From an uncultured Pseudomonadota bacterium (GTDB lineage: Bacteria > Pseudomonadota > Alphaproteobacteria > JACZXZ01), in contig CAVVLJ010000020.1 in the NCBI GenBank assembly GCA_963749075.1, positions 96,001 through 160,000 on the forward strand: DNA of 64,000 nt. The letters run 5' to 3'. The translations under genes and the position numbers were made by a program. This document shows positions 51,088 to 60,461 of this stretch, piece by piece. Each line of letters opens with the position of its first letter. The first letter of the stretch is position 1. The notes below the pieces were generated by a model. The model had not been told where the DNA came from. It made no database searches and saw only the letters and a list, made by a program, of their open reading frames with translations.

Positions 51088-51504
51088 TCACGGTGCCTCG
51101 TCCTCGTCGATAGGCACGCCGATCTCGGCTGCAATGGCGGCGACGAATTCCGCGATTTCGCGGAGCGCATCGTTCATCTCGGACCGCCAGCGTGCCGGAT
51201 CGATCGGCTTGTTGGGCGTCTCATCGTGCATCCGATCGTATTCGAGCCAAAACAACCTCGAGAGCAAGCGATCGGCGGCGCTGCCGGCCGCGTCGCCTGC
51301 CAGATCGCGATACCTATTCCGGATCGCGCCAGAGCCGCCCCGCTCCTCAACGTTCCGCGCCAACAGCCACGCATCGATGGCCCAGAGGACGGCGCCGCTC
51401 GCTCTGTTGACGATACGGAGGATGTGATCGGGGTAGTAGCTCAGGAGGTGGCGGGCGTCGGCGGCCCACTGGACGCTGGTCTCCATGGCAAATTGAGCAT
51501 CCAT
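51088..51504 (-). CDS. Hypothetical all-alpha protein, weakly HEPN-like
   Basis: 138-aa ORF with amphipathic helices, convergent on the RM gene, non-backbone codon style. Confidence 0.5.
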   Translation of the reverse strand: MDAQFAMETSVQWAADARHLLSYYPDHILRIVNRASGAVLWAIDAWLLARNVEERGGSGAIRNRYRDLAGDAAGSAADRLLSRLFWLEYDRMHDETPNKPIDPARWRSEMNDALREIAEFVAAIAAEIGVPIDEDEAP

Positions 51505-51593
51505 GGGATCATCCTGGTGGCGTGCAAGGGTCGATCGCAAGGCCCGGCCGACATGGAATGTCGGCGGACGGCCAGAAGGGCGCCGCGCGATCT

Positions 51594-51652
51594 CTCACCC
51601 TCCCACGGCCTTCGGCCGCGGGCCCCTCCCTCTCCCGCAAGCGGGAGAGGGG
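51594..51652 (-). repeat. REP-like palindromic element (right), inverted relative to 47232-47265
   Basis: CTCACCCT...CCCTCTCCCGC-AA-GCGGGAGAGGG. Confidence 0.7.
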
Positions 51653-51663
51653 AGCGGGGGCAT

Positions 51664-52128
51664 TTACGCCGCGCGGCTCGCCGTTGCGTCGGTGAGAAGC
51701 GCGTAGAGCGCCTCGGCGGTGTCCGAGCCGCGCAGCTTCTCGCACACCGAGCGGTCGCGCAACAGGCGCGAGATGCGCGCCAGCGCCTTCAAGTGGTCGG
51801 CGCCGGCCTTCTCGGGGGCGAGGAGGAGGAAGATGAGGTCGACCGGCTGATCGTCGATGGCCTCGAAGTTGACCGGCGTCTCCAGGCGGGCGAAGACGCC
51901 GTAGAGGCGCTGAAGGTTGGGCAGCTTGCCGTGCGGGATGGCGATGCCGTTGCCGACGCCCGTGGTGCCGAGCCGCTCGCGCTCGAAGAGCACCTCGTAG
52001 ATCTGCCGGTCGGAGAGGCCGGTGAGCTCGGCGGCGCGCTTGGCCAGCTCCTGCAGCGCCTGCTTCTTGCTCGTCACCCGCAGGTGGGGAATCACGCTTT
52101 CGAGCGCGATCAGCTCTGCCATTTCCAT
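51664..52128 (-). CDS. ptsN: PTS EIIA-Ntr
   Basis: SKKQALQEL, RERLGTTGVGNGIAIPHGK and GADHLKALA. Confidence 0.95.
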   Translation of the reverse strand: MEMAELIALESVIPHLRVTSKKQALQELAKRAAELTGLSDRQIYEVLFERERLGTTGVGNGIAIPHGKLPNLQRLYGVFARLETPVNFEAIDDQPVDLIFLLLAPEKAGADHLKALARISRLLRDRSVCEKLRGSDTAEALYALLTDATASRAA

Positions 52129-52160
52129 CCTTGTTCCCCCGACGCCCAGGCCGTCCAAGT

Positions 52161-52742
52161 CTATGATTTGCCGTTGCCCGGGTCCACCCAGCCGATATTG
52201 CCGTCCGGCCGGCGGTAGACCATGTTGAGCTCGCCGTGGGCGCTGTTGCGGAACATCATGGCGGGAAGCTCGGCGAGATCGAGGCGCATGACGGCCTCGC
52301 CCACCGTCATGGTGTCGACCGCGGTGGTGAGCTCGGCCACGATCACCGGCTGCTCGGCGCCGGGCGGCTCCTCCTCGGCGTCCTCGCGGCCGGCGGCGAG
52401 CACGTATTGCCGGGCGTTGAGCGCCGCCGCCTGCCCGCTCTGCTGCCGGTGATGGGCGCGCAAGCGCCGCTTGTAGCGGCGCAGGCGCTTGCCGATGCGC
52501 TCGGCCGCCGCGTCGAAGGCGGGGTAGGGCGCGTCGGCCTCGGCGTGGCCCTGCACCAGGATGTTGCGCCCGACGTGCACGGCCAGGTCGGCGCGGAAGA
52601 GGTGCGCCTCGCGCGACAGCACGACGTGGCCGTCGAGCGCGTTGCCGAAGTATTTGTCGACCACGGCGAGCAACGTCGACTCGACGTGGCTGCGCAGGGC
52701 GTCTCCCACGTCGAGGTGCTTGCCTGAAACGGAAACCTTCAT
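52161..52742 (-). CDS. hpf: Ribosome hibernation promoting factor (long HPF)
   Basis: VSGKHLDVGDALR...KRLRRYKRRL...NMVYRRPDGNIGWVDP. Confidence 0.95.
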   Translation of the reverse strand: MKVSVSGKHLDVGDALRSHVESTLLAVVDKYFGNALDGHVVLSREAHLFRADLAVHVGRNILVQGHAEADAPYPAFDAAAERIGKRLRRYKRRLRAHHRQQSGQAAALNARQYVLAAGREDAEEEPPGAEQPVIVAELTTAVDTMTVGEAVMRLDLAELPAMMFRNSAHGELNMVYRRPDGNIGWVDPGNGKS

Positions 52743-52845
52743 CGTCGCTCTATCTGCCGCCGCCGACCGCGCCGCGCCGCGTCGCCCGCCCGGGGCCGCC
52801 GAGGGGGCCGGCGCCAGGTGGCGGGGCCGGCCATGGAGGGGCGGG

Positions 52846-52874
52846 AACATAGTGAGCCCACCAGCTTGAGTCAA
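52846..52874 (-). promoter_or_regulatory. sigma70 promoter of hpf, TTGACT-N17-TATGTT
   Basis: Hexamers and spacing read directly. Confidence 0.6.
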
Positions 52875-52943
52875 GCGCACCGCCACCGTCAAATGTGATG
52901 GCGGCAGCGGCCCCCCGCAAGCCCTGCCTCATGCGGCCCCCGG

Positions 52944-54530
52944 TCATCCGGCAGCCTTCAGCCGCCGGCGCTGCACCGAGGAGGGGATGCGCAGGGCCTC
53001 GCGGTACTTGGCGACGGTGCGCCGCGCGATGTCGACGCCCTCCTTGTTGAGGATCTCGACGATGCGGTCGTCGGAGAGCACGTCGCTCACCGCCTCCGCC
53101 TCGACGAGCGCCTTGATGCGGTGGCGCACCGACTCGGCCGAATGCGCCTCGCCGCCCTCGGAGCTGGCGATCGAGGAGGTGAAGAAGTACTTGAGCTCGA
53201 ACATGCCGCGCGGCGTCGCCATGTATTTGTTGGTGGTGACGCGGCTCACCGTGCTCTCGTGCATGTCGATCGCCGCCGCGATGTCGCGCAGCACGAGCGG
53301 CCGCAGATGCTGCACGCCGTAGGCGAAGAAGGCGTCCTGCTGGCGCACGATCTCGCTCGCCACCTTGAGGATGGTGGTGGCGCGCTGGTGCAGCGACTTG
53401 ACGAGCCAGTTGGCGGACTGGTAGCGCTCCGAGAGATACTCGCGCTCGACCTTGCCCTTCACCTCGCGGCTCACGCGCGCGTAATACTGGGTGTTCACCA
53501 GCACGCGCGGCAGCGTCTCGCTGTTGAGCTCGATCTGCCAGCCGCCGTCGGGATGCGGGCGCATCATCACGTCGGGCGTGATGGGCTGTGCGATGCTGCG
53601 GTCGAAGGCGAGGCCGGGCTTGGGGTTGAGCGCCCTGATCTCGGCCATCATGTCGAGGAGGTCCTCCTGGCTCGCCTCGCAGAGCTTGCGCAGGGCTGCG
53701 AAGTCGCGCTTGGCGAGGAGGTCCAGGCGCTCGAGCAGGCGCGCGATGCAGGGGTCGAGGCGGCCGCGGTCGCGCAGCTGGAGCGAGAGGCACTCCTTGA
53801 GGTCGCGCGCGAAGACGCCCGGCGGATCGAGCTGCTGCAGCTTGAGAAGCGCCGCCTCGACGCGCGCCACCTCGCAGCCGAGCTGGCGCGCGGCCTGGGC
53901 GAGATCGGCCGGCAGATAGCCCGCGTCGTCGAGGAGGTCGACGAGATGCACGCCGATCATGCGGTCGACCGGGTCCGCGAGGTCCATGTTGAGCTGCTCG
54001 ACCAGATGCTCGCGCAATGTCGCCGGCTCGGAGAGCGTGTCGGCAAAGTCGAAGCTGCGCTCCTCGAAGCTGCCGCCGCGGCCCTGGCCCCAGCTCGCCG
54101 GCGCATCGGCGGGACCCGGCTGCGCCGGCGCACCCTCGGCGGCGTCCCACAGGTTCTCGTACTCGGTGTCGAGCGGCGCCTCAGCCGCCGCAGGCATGGA
54201 GGGATCGGCCGTCAGCTCGGCGGTGTCGCGCTCGTCGCCGTCCCCTACCTCGCCGCTGCCGTCGCCCTCCGCGCCGTCGTTCTCGCTGGCCTCCGACTCC
54301 TCAGCACTGCCGTCCGCCTCGCCGCCCTCCGCCTCGACGCCGTCCGGCGCCGCGCCCTCGGGCTCGATGCCGTCCGGCCGCTCGAGGAGCGGGTTCTGCT
54401 CGAGCTCCTGCTCGACAAAGGCGGCGAGCTCGAGGTTCGACATCTGCAAGAGCTTGATCGCCTGCTGCAGCTGAGGCGTCATCACCAGCGTCTGGGTCTG
54501 GCGCAGATCGAGGCGGGTGGTGATCGCCAT
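52944..54530 (-). CDS. rpoN: RNA polymerase sigma-54
   Basis: LVMTPQLQQAIKLLQ, HESTVSR and the RpoN box ARRTVAKYRE. Confidence 0.98.
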   Translation of the reverse strand: MAITTRLDLRQTQTLVMTPQLQQAIKLLQMSNLELAAFVEQELEQNPLLERPDGIEPEGAAPDGVEAEGGEADGSAEESEASENDGAEGDGSGEVGDGDERDTAELTADPSMPAAAEAPLDTEYENLWDAAEGAPAQPGPADAPASWGQGRGGSFEERSFDFADTLSEPATLREHLVEQLNMDLADPVDRMIGVHLVDLLDDAGYLPADLAQAARQLGCEVARVEAALLKLQQLDPPGVFARDLKECLSLQLRDRGRLDPCIARLLERLDLLAKRDFAALRKLCEASQEDLLDMMAEIRALNPKPGLAFDRSIAQPITPDVMMRPHPDGGWQIELNSETLPRVLVNTQYYARVSREVKGKVEREYLSERYQSANWLVKSLHQRATTILKVASEIVRQQDAFFAYGVQHLRPLVLRDIAAAIDMHESTVSRVTTNKYMATPRGMFELKYFFTSSIASSEGGEAHSAESVRHRIKALVEAEAVSDVLSDDRIVEILNKEGVDIARRTVAKYREALRIPSSVQRRRLKAAG

Positions 54531-54550
54531 GGCGCGGACGAGCCTCTGGC

Positions 54551-55351
54551 CTACAGGCTGAAGCGCTCGCCGAGATAGACCCGGCGCACGTCCTCGTGGG
54601 CGACGATCTCGTCCGGCTTGCCCTCCATCAGCACCTGGCCCTGGTGGATGATGTAGGCCCGGTCGACGATGTCGAGCGTCTCGCGCACGTTATGGTCGGT
54701 GATGAGCACGCCGATGCCGCGGTCCTTGAGGTGGGAGACGAGGTCGCGGATGTCGCTCAAGGCGATGGGATCGATGCCGGCGAGCGGCTCGTCGAGCAGC
54801 ATGAAATGCGGCTGCGAGGCGAGTGCCCTCGAGATCTCGACGCGGCGGCGCTCGCCGCCGGAGAGCGCCAGCGCCGGAGCGCGGCGCAGATGCGTGATCG
54901 AGAACTCGGCGAGGAGGTCGTCGAGCATCTGCTCGCGGCGGTCGCGCTCGGGCTCGACCACCTCGAGGACGGCGCGGATGTTCTGCTCGACCGTCATGCC
55001 GCGGAAGATCGAGGGCTCCTGGGGCAGATAGCCGATGCCGAGCCGCGCGCGGCGGTACATCGGCAGGTCGGTGATCTCGACGTTGTCGAGGAGGATGCTG
55101 CCGTAGTCCGCCGAGATGAGGCCGGTGATGATGTAGAAGCAGGTCGTCTTGCCGGCCCCGTTGGGCCCGAGCAGGCCAACCGCCTCGCCGCGCTCGACCG
55201 AGATGCTGACGTTGCGCAGGACCGGGCGCTTCTTGAAGCGCTTGCCGAGGTTGCGCGCGAAGAGGCCGGCATTGTCGGCGACGAGACGGGGCCCCGGCGC
55301 CTCCGGCGCCGGCGCGCGCGCCGTTCCGCTGTCGTCGCGCCGCTCGCTCAC
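54551..55351 (-). CDS. lptB: LPS export ATPase
   Basis: GPNGAGKTT, GIGYLPQEPSIF, LSGGERRR and TDHNVRETL. Confidence 0.95.
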   Translation of the reverse strand: MSERRDDSGTARAPAPEAPGPRLVADNAGLFARNLGKRFKKRPVLRNVSISVERGEAVGLLGPNGAGKTTCFYIITGLISADYGSILLDNVEITDLPMYRRARLGIGYLPQEPSIFRGMTVEQNIRAVLEVVEPERDRREQMLDDLLAEFSITHLRRAPALALSGGERRRVEISRALASQPHFMLLDEPLAGIDPIALSDIRDLVSHLKDRGIGVLITDHNVRETLDIVDRAYIIHQGQVLMEGKPDEIVAHEDVRRVYLGERFSL

Positions 55352-55379
55352 CACCGCGCACCCCTCATCGTTCCATGCC

Positions 55380-56420
55380 TCACTTCTTCGCCGGGGCGTC
55401 GCCCGGCTTGGCCGGCTGCGCGCCGCCCGGCGTCTCGCCCTGCTTCGGCACCAGGAGGCCGCGCACGCGGTCGTCCTTGGCGCAGGCATAGAGGCGGCTG
55501 ATGCCGGTCTTCATGTTCATGACGGCGCACTCGCCGTCGAGCTGGTCCTGGCCGCGCGTGATCTTGACCGAGCCCTTGAGGTCGGCCACGTCGCGGTCGA
55601 GATCGTAGTTTCCGTAAAGCGCGCGCGCGGTCGAGGTCGCGGTGCTGACGACCACGTTGTTGAACGCTTCGATGAAGCTCATGACGAGCTGGCCCTTCTC
55701 GTCGGGCTTGAAATGGGCCTCCAGCACGTCTGCAGTCACCGTCCTGTCCTCGCGCACCGCCTTGGCATCGCCGCGCGCCACCGCGTACTGCTTCAGCTTC
55801 CAGTACTCGAGCGAGTCGCGCGCGGTGACCACCCCCTTCGGCGTATCGAGCTCGAGCTTCTTGCCGGTCAGCACGAAGACGCCATTGTCGACGTCGTAGA
55901 CCGCCTTGTCGCCGAACGCGGTGTCGCTGGACGTCGTGATCTTGACCTGGTCGTCGGCGTCCAAGCGCCAGATGTCCGAGCCGCCCGATGGCGTCTTGCG
56001 ATAATAGGCCGTCAGCACCTGGCCGTAAACCGTAACGTCGCCGCGCACCGCCTTGGCATTGCCGCGCGCGATGTAGAGCTGCTTCTCCTGCTGCCATTCG
56101 ATGCCCTGATCGGCCTCGACCGTCACGGGCATGCCGTTTTCCTGGCCGGGAATCCCGAGCATGTTCTCGCCCGCGGGCGCCCCCTGCCCGGGCGCCGCCG
56201 GACTGGCCGTGCCGGTGGCCTGGCCTGCCGTCGCGGGCGCCTTGCCCCCGGCGGCCGGCGGCGCTTGCGGCGGCCGCGGCGGCGCCGGTGGAGCCGGTGC
56301 GGCGCTTCCGCCTGCCGCACTATCCTGCGCCTGCGCGGAGGGCGAAGGCGCTGCGGCGGCGAGCGCCAGCAGTGCCGCCACGGCCGCGGCGCGCGTGGCG
56401 CCTCCGGCGAGCCGCCTCAT
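55380..56420 (-). CDS. lptA: LPS export periplasmic protein LptA (tandem OstA-like domains)
   Basis: Signal peptide, PVTVEADQGIEW and beta-jellyroll repeats, between lptC and lptB. Confidence 0.85.
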   Translation of the reverse strand: MRRLAGGATRAAAVAALLALAAAAPSPSAQAQDSAAGGSAAPAPPAPPRPPQAPPAAGGKAPATAGQATGTASPAAPGQGAPAGENMLGIPGQENGMPVTVEADQGIEWQQEKQLYIARGNAKAVRGDVTVYGQVLTAYYRKTPSGGSDIWRLDADDQVKITTSSDTAFGDKAVYDVDNGVFVLTGKKLELDTPKGVVTARDSLEYWKLKQYAVARGDAKAVREDRTVTADVLEAHFKPDEKGQLVMSFIEAFNNVVVSTATSTARALYGNYDLDRDVADLKGSVKITRGQDQLDGECAVMNMKTGISRLYACAKDDRVRGLLVPKQGETPGGAQPAKPGDAPAKK

Positions 56421-57166
56421 CCGTGCCCCTTGTCCGCCGGTGCGCTCTCCTTTGGGCCGCCGCCGGGCAGCGTCTCGGGGGCGCCGCCCTCCTCGCGCGA
56501 GCGCAGGACGAGATGCGCCTTGCCGGTGAAGAGGATGCTCTGGCCCTTGTCGAGGACGCGGAAGCCCTCGGAGTGGATGTCGCCGGCGGGGCCCTGGCCA
56601 TGCACCGGGTCGTCGCCGTCGGCGGTGTTGTCGGCCAGGTTCACGTGGGCGGCGAGGGTCTCGAACTCGTAGCCGTCGTCCTGGTAGAGCTGCACGTTGC
56701 CGATCAGGTCGAGCTGCTGATCCTGCTCGCGATAGACGCCGGAATCGCCCTTGAGCGCCACCCAGTTGCCGCGGTTGAGCATGATGTCGGCCATGGGATG
56801 ATCGAGCTCGACGACGTCGGACTGCGGGTTCTTCTTGATCGCGGTCTTGGCCGTCACGGTGAAGGGCTCGCCGCGCTTGTCCATGCCCTGATAGCGCGGA
56901 TTCAGCATGCGGAGATTCTGCACGTCCTCCTGGGTGATGTTGGCGAGGCCGACGCGGAAACCCTCGTCGTGCGCCCTGAATTGCGGCCAGACGACGACGA
57001 GCAGGACGATGGCGGTGGCGACCGCCGGCAACACGATCTTCATGACGCCGACGAAGGAGGTATGGCCCCGGCCTGCCAGCGCGCTGAGCGGGCGCGGCCG
57101 CGGCATCGCGAAGTGCAGGCGCGCGCGGCCCTCGCCCGGCGGCCTTTCCTTGGTGAGCTCGCCCAT
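56417..57166 (-). CDS. lptC: LPS export protein LptC
   Basis: Single TM segment, MLNPRYQG.D...PFTVTA and VHGQGPAG. Confidence 0.88.
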   Translation of the reverse strand: MGELTKERPPGEGRARLHFAMPRPRPLSALAGRGHTSFVGVMKIVLPAVATAIVLLVVVWPQFRAHDEGFRVGLANITQEDVQNLRMLNPRYQGMDKRGEPFTVTAKTAIKKNPQSDVVELDHPMADIMLNRGNWVALKGDSGVYREQDQQLDLIGNVQLYQDDGYEFETLAAHVNLADNTADGDDPVHGQGPAGDIHSEGFRVLDKGQSILFTGKAHLVLRSREEGGAPETLPGGGPKESAPADKGHG

Positions 57167-57180
57167 CGGCAGTCCCGCGC

Positions 57181-58203
57181 TCAGCTCACGCCTGCGCGCA
57201 GGCAGTCATGGATGTTGAGGATGCCAACGGGACGGCCGTCCTCGACCGCGAAGAGGCAGCCGATGCCGCGATTGTCGATGCCGCGCGTGTTCATGAGGTT
57301 GAGCGCCTCCGCGGCGAGCGCCTTGGGCCTGATCGTCTGGGGCTCGCGCGTCATCACCTCGCCGACCGTCATGGCGAGGATCGCCGCTCCCATGTGCCGG
57401 CGCAAATCTCCGTCGGTGACGATGCCGATGAGGAGGCCCGACCCGTCGACCACGCCGACGCAGCCGAAGTGCTTGGCGGTCATCACCAGGATCGCCTCCG
57501 ACATGGGCGTCTCGGGGCGCGCGAGCGGCATCTCCTCGCCGCCGTGCATGAGGTCGGCCACGCGCAGCAGGCGGCGACCGATAGCGCCTCCGGGATGGAG
57601 GAGCTGGAACTCGTCGACGGAGAAGTCCCGGCGCTCGAGGAGTGCTATGGCGAGCGCGTCGCCCAGGGCCAGCATCATCGCGGTCGAGGTGGTGGGCGCC
57701 AGGCCGAGCGGGCAGGCCTCGGGTGCCGCGGGGAGGAGGAGAGCCGCGTCCGCCGCCTCGGCGAGCGAGCTTCCCGCACCGCCCGTGATGACGACAAGCG
57801 GGATGGCGAAGCGTCGCGTATAGGCGACGAGATCGGCGAGCTCGTTGGTCTCGCCGGAGTTGGAGAGTGCCAGGACCGCGTCCTCGCGGATGATCATGCC
57901 GAGATCGCCGTGGCTCGCCTCGGCCGGATGCACGAAGAGCGCCGGCGTGCCGGTCGAGGCGAGCGTCGCCGCGATCTTGCGCGCGATGTGGCCGCTCTTG
58001 CCCATGCCGCTCACCACGACGCGGCCGCGCACGCGATGCAGGCGCTCGACCGCCGCGACGAAGTTGGCGCCGAGCGTCTTGGCGAGGCTCGCGATGGCCG
58101 CCGCCTCGGCGTCGAGCACGCGCGCCGCCGCCGCCAGGTCGCGGCTCCCTGGCGCGCTCTCGCCCGTCGCCTCGCGGGTCATGAGGGGACTTACCCGCTC
58201 CAT
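57181..58203 (-). CDS. kdsD: Arabinose-5-phosphate isomerase KpsF/GutQ
   Basis: GMGKSGHI, HPAEASHGDLG, APTTST, HPGG and a CBS pair. Confidence 0.95.
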   Translation of the reverse strand: MERVSPLMTREATGESAPGSRDLAAAARVLDAEAAAIASLAKTLGANFVAAVERLHRVRGRVVVSGMGKSGHIARKIAATLASTGTPALFVHPAEASHGDLGMIIREDAVLALSNSGETNELADLVAYTRRFAIPLVVITGGAGSSLAEAADAALLLPAAPEACPLGLAPTTSTAMMLALGDALAIALLERRDFSVDEFQLLHPGGAIGRRLLRVADLMHGGEEMPLARPETPMSEAILVMTAKHFGCVGVVDGSGLLIGIVTDGDLRRHMGAAILAMTVGEVMTREPQTIRPKALAAEALNLMNTRGIDNRGIGCLFAVEDGRPVGILNIHDCLRAGVS

Positions 58204-58296
58204 CGCATTTCCTTGTAATATCTCAATGAATCACGCTGCGCCCAGTATGCGCCGGGGGCACCGCACGGTCAACGAATAGCACCCCTCGGGCTTGCG

Positions 58297-58923
58297 TCAA
58301 TGGGCGAAGACGTCGGGCTCGTCCCAGCCGCCGAGGTCGAGCTCGGCGCGCGCCGGCAGGAAGGCGAAGCAGGCCTGGGCGAGCGCCTGCCGCCCCTCGC
58401 GCTCGAGCAGCGCCTCGAGCTTGTCGCGCAGCGCGTGCAGGTAGAGCACGTCGGTGGCGGCGTAGGTGAGCTGCTCCGGGCTGAGCTGCTCCGTGCCCCA
58501 GTCGGAAAGTTGTTGCTGCTTGCTGAGGTCGACGCCGAGGAGCTCGCGGCAGAGGTCCTTCAAGCTGTGGCGGTCCGTGAAGGTGCGCGCGAGCTTGGAG
58601 GCGATCTTTGTGCAATAGACCGGGCGGCAGGCGACGCCGAGGTAGCAGCGCAGCGCCGCGAGATCGAAGCGCGCGAAATGGAAGAGCTTGACGACCGCGG
58701 GGTCGGTGAGGAGCGACTTCAAGTTGGGCGCCTCGTAGCGGCCGCGCGCGAACTGCACGACGTGGCAGACGCCGTCGCCGGCCGAGAGCTGCACGAGGCA
58801 GAGCCGGTCGCGGCGCGGCAGCAGCCCCATGGTCTCGGTGTCGATCGCGACGATCGGGCCGAGCGAGAGGCCGCCGGGAAGGTCGCCCTGATGCAGTCTG
58901 GTCTGCGGCTGGGAGCTGCTCAT
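58297..58923 (-). CDS. rnd: Ribonuclease D-like 3'-5' exonuclease
   Basis: AIDTETMGL, RLCLVQLS, FHFARFD and YAATDV. Confidence 0.92.
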   Translation of the reverse strand: MSSSQPQTRLHQGDLPGGLSLGPIVAIDTETMGLLPRRDRLCLVQLSAGDGVCHVVQFARGRYEAPNLKSLLTDPAVVKLFHFARFDLAALRCYLGVACRPVYCTKIASKLARTFTDRHSLKDLCRELLGVDLSKQQQLSDWGTEQLSPEQLTYAATDVLYLHALRDKLEALLEREGRQALAQACFAFLPARAELDLGGWDEPDVFAH

Positions 58924-58955
58924 CGGCGAGGCACCGTCCGGTCCGTGCAAATGAA

Positions 58956-59042
58956 TGGTGCCCAGGAGAAGACTCGAACTTCCACGACCTTGCGGCCACA
59001 GGTACCTGAAACCTGCGCGTCTGCCAATTCCGCCACCTGGGC
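58956..59042 (-). tRNA. tRNA-Leu (CAG)
   Basis: GCCCAGGTGGCGGAATTGGCAGACGCG-CAGGT-TTCAGGT-ACCTG, long variable arm, GTTCGAGTC and CACCA, 87 nt. Confidence 0.98.
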
Positions 59043-59071
59043 AGAGCTCATGTCGATTTTTCGGCCCGCAC

Positions 59072-59100
59072 TGCCTAGCCCGACCCTCCGGCGATGTCAA
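59072..59100 (-). promoter_or_regulatory. tRNA-Leu promoter TTGACA-N17-TAGGCA
   Basis: Consensus -35 at 59100-59095 and a GCTAGG-type -10. Confidence 0.65.
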
Positions 59101-59101
59101 T

Positions 59102-59197
59102 TGGCAAATCCCCGCGGTGGCAAATCCCCGCGGTGGCAAATCCCCGCGGTGGCAAATCCCCGCGGTGGCAAATCCCCGCGGTGGCAAATCCCCGCGG
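59102..59197. repeat. 16-bp perfect tandem repeat x6 (TGGCAAATCCCCGCGG)
   Basis: Six identical contiguous units with no spacers. Confidence 0.97.
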
Positions 59198-59440
59198 TCG
59201 AGGGCAAACCCATTTGGCGCGGCACGAATTTCCTCATCCTTCGAGACGGGCCTGCGGCCCTCCTCAGGAAGAGGAAATCCGCCGAACGTGGGGGCCACCT
59301 CGCTGAGATCGAGGCGGCCATAGGCGATCCCCCTGCCTACGGCCCGGGTGCGCGACTGCCTCAGCCGGCGCCCGCCGAGGCAGCGGCTTGCGGCGCGGCG
59401 CAAGACCGGATAAGAAGCGGCGAGCGATGGGAGACGACGA

Positions 59441-60454
59441 ATGGCCACTCGCCGCGTCACGATTTTCGGCGGATCGGGCTTTCTCGGGCGCCACCTGGTG
59501 CGGCGGCTCGCCGCGCGCGGCAACGTCCTGCGCATCGCCACGCGCGATCCGGCCGCGGCGCATTTCCTCAAGCCGATGGGCGACGTGGGCCAGGTGGTGC
59601 CGCTCAAGGTCGACGTGCGCGACGAGGCCGCGGTCGCCGCCGCCACGGCGGGCGCCGACGCGGTCGTCAATCTGGTCGGCATCCTCTTCGAGCGGGGCAA
59701 GCAGCGCTTCGCCGAGATTCACCAGGCGGCGGCCTGGCGCATCGCCCGCCAAGCGGCGGCCGCGGGCGCCAAGCATCTGACGCACGTCTCGGCACTCGGT
59801 GCCGACCCTCAGGCGCCGGCGCTTTACGCGCGGAGCAAGGCGGCCGGCGAGGAGGCCGTGCGCAAGGCGTTTCCCTCAGCCGCCATCCTGCGCCCGAGCG
59901 TGGTATTCGGCCCCGAGGACGACTTCTTCAACCGCTTCGCGGCCCTCGCGCGCATGCTCCCGGCGCTGCCCGTGTTCGGTGCCGCCCCGCGGTTCGAGCG
60001 CCGTGCCGACGGCGGTGCCGCGCTCAACTGCTTCGGCGGCGGCGGCGTGCGCTTCCAGCCGGTCTATGTGGGCGACGTGGCGGAGGCGATCGTGCGCACG
60101 CTCGAGGAGCGCGCCGCCAGGGGGCGGACCTACGAGCTCGGCGGCCCGCGCATCTACAGCTTCAAGGAGCTCATGGAGCTCGTGCTGCGCGAGACCGGGC
60201 GCAAGCGCCTTCTCCTTCCCCTGCCGCTGCCCATCGCCGAGATCGAGGGTGCGCTCCTCGGCCTCGTGCCGCTGCTCCCGCCGCTTCTCACGCGCGACCA
60301 GGTGCTGCTCATGCGGCGCGACAATGTGGTGAGCGCGGGCGCCCTCGGGTTGGCCGAGCTCGGCGTGGCGCCGACGCCGGCGGAGAGCGTGCTGCCGACT
60401 TACATGGACATCTACCGGCGCGGCGGGCGCCGGCGCGGCCTTGGTCTTGCCTGA
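59441..60454 (+). CDS. Complex I NDUFA9-like NAD(P)-dependent oxidoreductase
   Basis: TIFGGSGFLGR, LKPMGDVGQV, RPSVVFGPEDDFFNRF and FQPVYVGDVA. Confidence 0.92.
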   Translation: MATRRVTIFGGSGFLGRHLVRRLAARGNVLRIATRDPAAAHFLKPMGDVGQVVPLKVDVRDEAAVAAATAGADAVVNLVGILFERGKQRFAEIHQAAAWRIARQAAAAGAKHLTHVSALGADPQAPALYARSKAAGEEAVRKAFPSAAILRPSVVFGPEDDFFNRFAALARMLPALPVFGAAPRFERRADGGAALNCFGGGGVRFQPVYVGDVAEAIVRTLEERAARGRTYELGGPRIYSFKELMELVLRETGRKRLLLPLPLPIAEIEGALLGLVPLLPPLLTRDQVLLMRRDNVVSAGALGLAELGVAPTPAESVLPTYMDIYRRGGRRRGLGLA

Positions 60455-60461
60455 CGCCCCG

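Noticed and set aside
47398-52128. Functional link between RM systems and PTS genes (both RM insertions sit at ends of PTS operons)
   Set aside because: Only two cases with different junction structures. Operon ends are generic neutral insertion sites.
52869-52890. sigma54 promoter for hpf
   Set aside because: TGGCGG-N5-TTGA lacks the -12 GC. A well-spaced sigma70 promoter explains the site.
59102-59197. CRISPR array (unit contains CCGCGGGGAT, reminiscent of type I-E repeats)
   Set aside because: Units are contiguous with no spacers, only 16 bp long, and no cas genes are in the window.
59102-59197. Array of sigma54 promoters (TGGCA...GC) near rpoN
   Set aside because: GG-to-GC spacing is 9 nt rather than the required 10, and there is no TTGC.
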